Source of the DNA: Thermodesulfobacteriota bacterium
GTDB lineage: Bacteria; Desulfobacterota_D; UBA1144; Nemesobacterales; N074bin48
Direction of reading: 5' to 3'
Assembly (NCBI GenBank): GCA_041572575.1
Contig: JBFFSH010000016.1
Span: 1 to 43,839 of the forward strand
DNA length: 43,839 nucleotides
Shown here: piece by piece, positions 29,031 through 36,182 of the stretch
How the letters are laid out: each line of letters opens with the position of its first letter
Numbering within the stretch: the stretch's first letter is position 1
Notes under the pieces: generated by a model
What the model saw: only the letters and a program-made list of their open reading frames with translations
What the model was told of the DNA's origin: nothing
Database searches by the model: none
Position numbers and translations under genes: made by a program

Positions 29031-29667
29031 TCAGGTTCAGGGTGTCAGAGCCAATAGATACAGTGGCTCGAAGCTTACAAACTGGATGGATTTTAATCCA
29101 GCCGGGAGTTCCTTATATAAAATTTATTCTGATCATTACAATGAGTTCATAAACAATAAAAACAAGATTTCGTATTTTAAACAAAAAACACATCCTGATT
29201 TCATAATGCCTCTAAAAATTTCAGGAATTAAAAAATATCTCCAGAATGTACCAGAGAAATATTACAAGGATATAAAAGCTATATTTTTATTATCAGGTTC
29301 AAACAAGCAGGAAAAAGTATTTTTCAGTAAACTATTTTGCTATGGCACTTACATGGCAAACTGTATCTTTATCCATCCCTATCCAAAAAACAATATGAAT
29401 CTGATATTTAAAAACCCCCCAAAACCAAACATTCTTAATGACTATAGGAGAGTCGGAGCGCTGATAGAAAAAGACGACACAAAGGGAACTATTTTAAAAT
29501 GGACAAAAGAATCACTTAAAGATTTCTATTATAGGGATGTACTGATGCATGAGATCGGGCACCACTATGATAAATATGTCTGGGTTAAATCAAACAAAAA
29601 AGCAGAAGGATTTGCAGAGTGGTTTGCTACAGAATATGGATTTAAGTTTAAGCATTTGAAAGATTAG
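28999..29667 (+). CDS. HExxH zinc-metallopeptidase-like protein
   Basis: LMHEIGHHYD followed by AEGFAEWFA. Confidence 0.7.
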   Translation: MAQHKTGKSFNQVQGVRANRYSGSKLTNWMDFNPAGSSLYKIYSDHYNEFINNKNKISYFKQKTHPDFIMPLKISGIKKYLQNVPEKYYKDIKAIFLLSGSNKQEKVFFSKLFCYGTYMANCIFIHPYPKNNMNLIFKNPPKPNILNDYRRVGALIEKDDTKGTILKWTKESLKDFYYRDVLMHEIGHHYDKYVWVKSNKKAEGFAEWFATEYGFKFKHLKD

Positions 29668-29686
29668 TCTGTTAAAAATATTTTTT

Positions 29687-30433
29687 ATGTACAAATCCCT
29701 TATCACCAAACTCACAAACCAAATAAACCAACACTCCAACCCTGCTGAAAAATCCTGGTTTGAAAACTATATAAAAAACAGCGCTCCGTTTAGAGGCGTT
29801 AAGATGCCAGTAGTTAGAAAAGAACTTCATAAATGGCATAAGGATTACATTGATGGCGAAATGGATTTAGACCAGCAGCTTGATTTAGCATTTGCTCTTA
29901 TAGAAGAAAAATATACCGAGGACAAAATTGCCGGGACTATGTTCATGCAGGAAATTTTGATTCCAAAAGGAATCATGAAGCCAAAAAGAAATATTAAAAG
30001 ACTTTCAGAACTTTTCAGCAATGGACACATCTATGACTGGAATGTGTGCGACTGGTTTTGTATGAAGGTGCTGGGTGAGCTAATCGTGAAAGATGAGAAA
30101 TACTGGGCAAGACCAATTCATATGTGGCACAGTGCTGAGAACCTCTGGCAGGCCCGCGCGTCCTTAGTTTCATTTGAAAGGGTTTCCGATAATCAGGATT
30201 ACTTCAGCATGATTGAAAAATCCTGTAAGAAGCTAATCAAAAGAGAAGAACGTTTCGCAAAGACTGCTGTTGGCTGGCTTCTTAGAGAAATATCAAAGCA
30301 GGATGAAGATTTTGTAAAGCAGTTCATCGAACATCACATAAAACATTTTACAGCTGAGACAATCAGAAATGCACTAAAATATTCATCGAAAGATGAGAAG
30401 AAACATTATTTAACCTTGCTGAAATCTGTTTAA
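29687..30433 (+). CDS. DNA alkylation repair protein (AlkD-like)
   Basis: FRGVKMP, DWNVCDW, NLWQARA, KTAVGWLLRE. Confidence 0.85.
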   Translation: MYKSLITKLTNQINQHSNPAEKSWFENYIKNSAPFRGVKMPVVRKELHKWHKDYIDGEMDLDQQLDLAFALIEEKYTEDKIAGTMFMQEILIPKGIMKPKRNIKRLSELFSNGHIYDWNVCDWFCMKVLGELIVKDEKYWARPIHMWHSAENLWQARASLVSFERVSDNQDYFSMIEKSCKKLIKREERFAKTAVGWLLREISKQDEDFVKQFIEHHIKHFTAETIRNALKYSSKDEKKHYLTLLKSV

Positions 30434-30447
30434 TATTCCAACCCTAT

Positions 30448-30759
30448 TCATGCCTCAGTATCCAAAAACACATCAAAAGTCTCCAGATGACTCTCGGTTG
30501 AAAAAGCCTCTTTTGGCAGTGTGCCGCTTTTTGCATGACCTTTAATAAAAGCATCAGATTTTACCCAGTTATTAAAATCATCCTCGGATTCCCAGAAAGT
30601 CATCACCACATATGGCTGCTCAGGCCCCTTGGGTTTCAAGACCACATTGCGAACAAACCCTTTCATCTTATCCACTTCATGTGCCCGGTTTTTAAACCTC
30701 TGCTCAAATCCATCGGTATATCCTTCATTCACAAAAATTCTGTTCATGGTTACAAACAT
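30448..30759 (-). CDS. Antibiotic biosynthesis monooxygenase family, IsdG/HmoA-like heme-degrading type
   Basis: MFVTMNR, KGF, WESEDDFNNWVKSDAFIKGH, with Asn/Trp/His at IsdG-like positions; AGGAGA SD. Confidence 0.85.
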   Translation of the reverse strand: MFVTMNRIFVNEGYTDGFEQRFKNRAHEVDKMKGFVRNVVLKPKGPEQPYVVMTFWESEDDFNNWVKSDAFIKGHAKSGTLPKEAFSTESHLETFDVFLDTEA

Positions 30760-30863
30760 TTTTTTCTCCTTTTTGTACCCTTACATAAAATCAAAGAATC
30801 TACATATTAATTAAACTATCTAAAATAATTGGATATACTATTATATAAATAAGGGTATTCATT

Positions 30864-30962
30864 ATGTTTGGAATAAACTTAAAAGTAATTTTAACATCAA
30901 TATCAATATATATGGGTATTTATGCCGGAAGTTTGATTGCTGAATTTATTATTTACGGCTAG
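30864..30962 (+). CDS. Putative 32 aa single-TM small protein (not in the ORF track)
   Basis: MFGINLKVILTSISIYMGIYAGSLIAEFIIYG; AAGGG upstream. Confidence 0.4.
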   Translation: MFGINLKVILTSISIYMGIYAGSLIAEFIIYG

Positions 30963-31072
30963 AAATTTCTTCTTCCATAATGTTTTCATAACGTTTATTC
31001 CCTCTTCTCCATATAATATACAATCAGCTTTGTAAGCTTTTCTAAACTATTTATAGTAAACTATCAATTACT

Positions 31073-31432
31073 ATGAAAAAGTGGTTAGTAGCACCTTTAA
31101 TAATATTCATACTGATACTAGCCCCCAACTTGATGTGGCTTAACTGGTCTACTTTATTTATAAAAAACACGAGCAGCAAACAGGTAAATAATATAACCGT
31201 AGAAATATGTTCTGAGACATTCCAGGTTGCTTCTAAACCCCATAGCTCCTCTCTGCGTCTCCTTCCAAAATGCGGTGATGCCACGCTCATTCTAAAAGCA
31301 AATGCCAAACTTGTGTGTCAATATTATGTGGAAGGCGAACTGTATAATGTAGAAGCAGACGTTGGCAGTGGTAAGTGTAAAACCGACCTTCCCATTATTT
31401 CATCCCTATTTTTATTAAAATTGATTAAATGA
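31073..31432 (+). CDS. Hypothetical membrane-anchored protein
   Basis: N-terminal TM, four Cys; ATGA-coupled to the next gene. Confidence 0.65.
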   Translation: MKKWLVAPLIIFILILAPNLMWLNWSTLFIKNTSSKQVNNITVEICSETFQVASKPHSSSLRLLPKCGDATLILKANAKLVCQYYVEGELYNVEADVGSGKCKTDLPIISSLFLLKLIK

Positions 31433-31728
31433 AAAAATATGCACTAAATGGATTGTTTGCAGGAATAATATTATTAACTATTGCAGTATTTGTAGTGATT
31501 TATATAGAATGGGGAAAATTTGACGGCAGATGCATCAAAATGGGCTTTCCGTTCCTTGCAGAGGCACAGGAATACGACTGTACGTTTACTGAGTACATAA
31601 AAGATGATTCCAGAAGCATCTTTTGGCTATGGCCATATGATCCAAGGCTATGGGTAGCAATCATATCAATATTGGTAATTCCGGTTGTAGCTGGAAGTAT
31701 TTTAGGATTTAGGAAAAAATCGACATAG
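31429..31728 (+). CDS. Hypothetical two-TM protein
   Basis: TM-loop (2 Cys)-TM. Confidence 0.65.
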   Translation: MKKYALNGLFAGIILLTIAVFVVIYIEWGKFDGRCIKMGFPFLAEAQEYDCTFTEYIKDDSRSIFWLWPYDPRLWVAIISILVIPVVAGSILGFRKKST

Positions 31729-31771
31729 AAAATTGATATATATCAGTTGATTTATATGTTATTATTTGTTT

Positions 31772-32005
31772 ATGCCTATCTCTAAAGAACAACTATTCAA
31801 AGAGGCTATGGATTTAGATGATAATGCTCGGGCAAACCTTGCAGGACTTCTTATTGAGAGCCTGGATACCGAAGCTGAAAATGGCATTGAGAATGCGTGG
31901 TTAAAAGAGATTGAACAACGAATGGAATCTCTCGATTCTGGAAAAACGGAAACTGTTTCTTGGGATACTGTCAAAGAAAGATTGTACAATAATGTGAATG
32001 GCTGA
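31772..32005 (+). CDS. Putative addiction module antitoxin (TIGR02574-like)
   Basis: RANLAGLLIESLD...AWLKEIEQR...VSWD; overlaps the toxin gene. Confidence 0.88.
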   Translation: MPISKEQLFKEAMDLDDNARANLAGLLIESLDTEAENGIENAWLKEIEQRMESLDSGKTETVSWDTVKERLYNNVNG

Positions 32006-32294
32006 TTACGAGGTCAGGTTTCATCCAGAAGCAATTAAAGAAGCTGAATCATCTCAGCATTGGTATGTAGAAAGAAGTCAAACAGCAGCACTTGGATTTA
32101 CTAATGAAATTTCTTCAGCTATTGAAAAAATATTAAAGTCTCCTACTCGCTGGCCAAAATATCAAAAAAATACTCGCAGATATATACTTCCGAGGTTTCC
32201 CTTTAGTGTAATTTATCGCATTAAGGATAATATAATCGAAGTAATAGCCATTGCACATCATAAAAGAAAACCGGGGTTTTGGAGAAATAGATAA
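31998..32294 (+). CDS. RelE/ParE family type II toxin
   Basis: FHPEA...WY...PTRWP...RFPFSVIY...IAIAHHKRKPGFW. Confidence 0.9.
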   Translation: MADYEVRFHPEAIKEAESSQHWYVERSQTAALGFTNEISSAIEKILKSPTRWPKYQKNTRRYILPRFPFSVIYRIKDNIIEVIAIAHHKRKPGFWRNR

Positions 32295-32335
32295 ATATAT
32301 TTAACCTTTTTAAAATCAAACCAAAATTAATAACA

Positions 32336-32695
32336 ATGAATAGAGAAGAATACAACGAAGAAGATTTTCTAAGACAGTATATTTTTAATTATTACCCGCA
32401 TTTATTTACAAAAGTAGAAGAACTTAGTTTTAAAAGAATATTAGCAAATGAAAAAGCTATCCATTCTAGCCCGAAGATGGCAAATATATTAAAAAAGAGT
32501 TGGGGCTCTGAAAACAATCCCAAAGTAGATGATGCATTAAGGGAGGGTATTGAAAAATTTAAACAAGCCGTATTTGCTAGATTAATGCAAGAACACAAAG
32601 ACGAAATTTTTATCAATCGCTGTCCTGAATGTAATAAAATAGTAAGGACACCAAAAGCTAAGCAACGTCCTTGATGCTTTCATGATTGGCATTAG
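32336..32695 (+). pseudogene. Hypothetical protein with C-terminal zinc ribbon, in-frame TGA at 32672-32674
   Basis: INRCPECNKIVRTPKAKQRP-TGA-CFHDWH-TAG. The second knuckle would read Q(C)P(W)C; CGT may derive from TGT. Confidence 0.7.
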
Positions 32696-32823
32696 CCATA
32701 ATATTAAATATATTCAAATGATCAGAAGTGATGACTGACTTGAAAATTTTATAGATATATATGTTATTATTATATCAAAATTTTATCGTAGATATTAATT
32801 GGATTAGTATTTAATGTAACTTC

Positions 32824-32851
32824 TTGACTAAAAAACTATATTTGGTATTTT
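32824..32851 (+). promoter_or_regulatory. Sigma70-like promoter of rplM-rpsI
   Basis: TTGACT-16 nt-TATTTT with extended -10 TG. Confidence 0.5.
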
Positions 32852-32879
32852 TACGGGTCTTTTAGGTAGGGATATATCA

Positions 32880-33308
32880 ATGAAAACATATAGCGCAAGA
32901 AATACAGATTTAGAAAAAACATGGTTTGTGGTGGATGCCGCAGACAAAAACGTTGGTAGGATTGCAACAAAGATTGCAACCACTCTCAGAGGTAAGGATA
33001 AACCGCAGTTTACTCCTCATTCAGACACTGGAGATTTTGTGATAGTGTTAAATGCTGAAAAAGTAAACTTCTCTGGTAAAAAATGGCAACAGAAGAATTA
33101 TTATACTCACTCTCATTATCCAGGTGGTCTGAAATCAATGAATGCCGAGACTATGCTTGAGAAAAAGCCAACAGAAATCATAAGAAAAGCAGTATGGGGT
33201 ATGCTTCCAAAAAATAAATGGCAGAAAAAGCTCATTGCCAGATTAAAAATATATACCGGCACAGAGCATCCGCATGAAGCGCAGACTCCCCAGCCTTTGG
33301 AGGTTTAA
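32880..33308 (+). CDS. rplM: 50S ribosomal protein L13
   Basis: WFVVDA, LRGKDKPQFTPH, HSHYPGGLK, HPHEAQ. Confidence 0.98.
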   Translation: MKTYSARNTDLEKTWFVVDAADKNVGRIATKIATTLRGKDKPQFTPHSDTGDFVIVLNAEKVNFSGKKWQQKNYYTHSHYPGGLKSMNAETMLEKKPTEIIRKAVWGMLPKNKWQKKLIARLKIYTGTEHPHEAQTPQPLEV

Positions 33309-33311
33309 AAC

Positions 33312-33707
33312 ATGGCAGTAACAGAATTTTACGGTACAGGAAGAAGAAAAACATCCACAGCCAGGGTATTCTTAAGACCGGGCGACGGTACAATTACAGT
33401 TAACAACCGTGAAGTTAACACTCATTTTCCTAGAAAAACATGGCAGTTAAAAGTTTTAAAACCTCTCGAACTAACCGGCTCAACAAATAAATACAATGTA
33501 ATGATGCACGTAAAAGGCGGCGGACTAACAGGACAGGCAGATGCCTGTGCTCATGGTCTTTCAAGAGCGCTTGTTAAAGCCGATGAAGCAAACAACAAGA
33601 AACCACTCAAAGCAGCTGATCTTCTAACACGTGATCCTCGTATGGTAGAAAGTAAGAAGTATGGTAAAAGAAAAGCCAGACGCGGACAACAGTTCTCAAA
33701 GAGGTAA
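33312..33707 (+). CDS. rpsI: 30S ribosomal protein S9
   Basis: YGTGRRKTSTARV, GGGLTGQA, LLTRDPRMVESKK...QFSKR. Confidence 0.98.
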   Translation: MAVTEFYGTGRRKTSTARVFLRPGDGTITVNNREVNTHFPRKTWQLKVLKPLELTGSTNKYNVMMHVKGGGLTGQADACAHGLSRALVKADEANNKKPLKAADLLTRDPRMVESKKYGKRKARRGQQFSKR

Positions 33708-33714
33708 TAACAAG

Positions 33715-35046
33715 ATCGCTACTTCTAAACCAAAAAGTAAAAAGAGAATCAAGGCTCCAAAAGGAAAGCTGGGCGTTTTACTGCCCGGTATTGGAGGAGC
33801 AGTCAGCACGACTTTTGTTGCTGGTGTTGAAGCTATTAAAGCTGGAATCGGAAAACCAATCGGTTCTCTTACACAGCTTGGCTCTATTAGACTTGGGAAA
33901 AGAACAGAAAAACAATCCCCGCTCATAAAAGATTTAGTTCCACTTTATGATATAGAAGATCTGGTTTTTTGTGGCTGGGATCCTTATCCTGAAAACTGCT
34001 ATGATGCAGCTCTGAATTCTGGAGTTTTGGAACAGGAACTTTTAGCACAAATAAAAGAACCCCTTCAGAACATTTCTCCAAATAAAGCCGTATTTGAAAG
34101 AAAATTTGTAAAAAACCTAAGCGGCAGACATGTTAAAAAAGCCAAGACCAAGATGGATCTGGCAAATGAATTAATAAAAGACATTGAAACCTTTAAAAAA
34201 GAAAACAATCTCGACCGTCTAGTCATGGTATGGTGTGCCAGCACTGAGGTCTACCTGGAAAAATCAGATGTTCATAAGAGTATAAAGAAATTTGAAAAGG
34301 GGCTTAAAGAAAATAACCCCCATATAGCACCGAGCATGATTTATGCTTATGCGGCAATAAAAACAGGAACCCCATATGCAAATGGCGCTCCTAACCTTTC
34401 TGCCGATATTCCGGCACTGGAAGAACTTGCAAAAAAGAACAAGGTACCAATCTGCGGTAAGGACTTTAAAACCGGCCAGACTCTTATGAAAACCATTCTA
34501 GCCCCGGGGCTTAAATCCAGACTACTCGGACTAAACGGCTGGTTTTCCACAAACATACTTGGAAACAGAGATGGCGAGGTTTTAGACGATCCTTATTCAT
34601 TCAAAACAAAAGAAGCAAGTAAGTTAAGCGTATTAGAATATATATTTCAGCCAGATCTCTATCCTGAACTTTATTCTGATTATTATCATAAAGTCAGGAT
34701 CAATTACTACCCGCCAAGAGGGGATGAAAAAGAGGCTTGGGATAATATAGACATCTTCGGATGGCTTGGGTATCCGATGCAGATTAAAGTTAACTTTCTT
34801 TGCAGAGACAGCATCCTGGCCGCACCGATCGTTCTTGATCTGGTACTATTTTTAGACTTGGCACAAAGAGCTGGTATGTCAGGAATTCAGGAATGGCTCT
34901 CTTTTTACTTCAAATCACCAATGGTAGGCAAACGCCTCTATCCAGAACACGATGTATTTATCCAGCAAATGAAGCTTAAGAACACTCTAAGATATATTGC
35001 CGGAGAAGAACTGATTACCCATCTTGGTCAGGATTACGACGATTAA
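33715..35046 (+). CDS. ino1: Myo-inositol-1-phosphate synthase (start uncertain: ATC 33715 or ATG 33661)
   Basis: GKLGVLLPGIGGAVSTT, WCASTE, GKDFKTGQT, NILGNRDG, CRDSILAAP, LSFYFKSP. Confidence 0.92.
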   Translation: MATSKPKSKKRIKAPKGKLGVLLPGIGGAVSTTFVAGVEAIKAGIGKPIGSLTQLGSIRLGKRTEKQSPLIKDLVPLYDIEDLVFCGWDPYPENCYDAALNSGVLEQELLAQIKEPLQNISPNKAVFERKFVKNLSGRHVKKAKTKMDLANELIKDIETFKKENNLDRLVMVWCASTEVYLEKSDVHKSIKKFEKGLKENNPHIAPSMIYAYAAIKTGTPYANGAPNLSADIPALEELAKKNKVPICGKDFKTGQTLMKTILAPGLKSRLLGLNGWFSTNILGNRDGEVLDDPYSFKTKEASKLSVLEYIFQPDLYPELYSDYYHKVRINYYPPRGDEKEAWDNIDIFGWLGYPMQIKVNFLCRDSILAAPIVLDLVLFLDLAQRAGMSGIQEWLSFYFKSPMVGKRLYPEHDVFIQQMKLKNTLRYIAGEELITHLGQDYDD

Positions 35047-35073
35047 GTATTCTGAATATTTTTGAGTAAGTAA

Positions 35074-36102
35074 TTAACCAAAAACCAACTCCCGAATATC
35101 CTCCGATTCAAGAGATAATTCGACCTCAATATCACTGTCATAATCTCTAATCCATGACAATATTTGTTTATATACATCAACCCTCTGGAATTTCATGTAT
35201 CTGTACTTTCCATCCTCACCGGGGAAAATTTCTCCAAGCAATAGTGGACTTTTTGGAAATCTCATTCTTATTACATCTACAAGAATCTTGTGGATCTTTA
35301 TAGAACCAAGAGTTATATAGTCAATGCATTTTGGATCGAGTGTGGTCATTATCTGGTTTATCATTTCCGAATATCCATTTTCCCAATCCTCATATATAAT
35401 GATCGGATCGATTCGTACACCCACTGTATAACCATTTTCTTGGCATGCCTGTCCAGCTTCTAACCTCTCAGAAAACTTTGGTGTTTTATGTTCCAGTGTT
35501 TCCGAAACTATCTGCGGGCTCATTGTCCATGACGGGATAATATTTGGTGTTGGGTTTTCTATTGATAATAAGTTTTCTATGTTTGTACTTTTTGTCCGAA
35601 ACTCGATTGTGCAGTTTTCATTATTTTTTGCTAGATAAGCCAAGTCCAAAGAAAAATCAGTAAGGTTGTCAAAGGCAAGTGAGTCTGCAATCTCACCAAC
35701 ATGAAAATAAGTAGTAGAATGAAGCTTCATAGCTTCTTTCATCCTGTCCAGAACTTCAGAGCGGTTTACAAATATCACGGGAACTTTAGTCTGGAAGTAG
35801 TATTGAAGATAACAATACTCGCAGTCATATTTACAGTCCATCTCATGAAAGAGATAATACTGCCCATCGTCCATCCTTCCTATACTCTTTAATACCTCTC
35901 CCTTCTTCTGCCCCAGAGCAAGGCTGTTCTTATCCTCATTAGCCCTATCTGTAAAGTTCTTATCAAACCCAATCTTCTTATAGTCCTCTACATACACAGT
36001 ATCGATTGGACCTAGTCTGCTTAATATTTTCTTTGTTAGCTCAAAATCTTCTACACCCTTTTCTATATAAAGCCTGTCTGGTTTTTGCATATTCTTATTC
36101 AA
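35074..36102 (-). CDS. Spore photoproduct lyase-like radical SAM protein
   Basis: CKYDCEYCYLQ, GEIADSL, EFRTKS, EHKTP...RL, DGKYRY. Confidence 0.88.
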   Translation of the reverse strand: MNKNMQKPDRLYIEKGVEDFELTKKILSRLGPIDTVYVEDYKKIGFDKNFTDRANEDKNSLALGQKKGEVLKSIGRMDDGQYYLFHEMDCKYDCEYCYLQYYFQTKVPVIFVNRSEVLDRMKEAMKLHSTTYFHVGEIADSLAFDNLTDFSLDLAYLAKNNENCTIEFRTKSTNIENLLSIENPTPNIIPSWTMSPQIVSETLEHKTPKFSERLEAGQACQENGYTVGVRIDPIIIYEDWENGYSEMINQIMTTLDPKCIDYITLGSIKIHKILVDVIRMRFPKSPLLLGEIFPGEDGKYRYMKFQRVDVYKQILSWIRDYDSDIEVELSLESEDIRELVFG

Positions 36103-36140
36103 AGTTCAGAATGTTTTATACTACCACATAAATACCATAT

Positions 36141-36168
36141 TTGACTCGTAAAATATCGGCATTATTAT
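36141..36168 (+). promoter_or_regulatory. Sigma70-like promoter of mnmG
   Basis: TTGACT-16 nt-TATTAT, ending 14 nt before the ATG. Confidence 0.45.
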
Positions 36169-36182
36169 AGGTTGTTTACATT

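Noticed and set aside
7829..32695. Selenocysteine as the explanation of the in-frame TGAs
   Set aside because: The positions look like Trp rather than Cys sites, the families are not known selenoproteins, and I see no convincing SECIS hairpin after them. Only 32672 (TGA-TGC) is near Cys.
23774..32879. Integron cassette array, prophage or IS
   Set aside because: No integrase, transposase, phage genes, attC-like sites or terminal repeats were recognised by eye.
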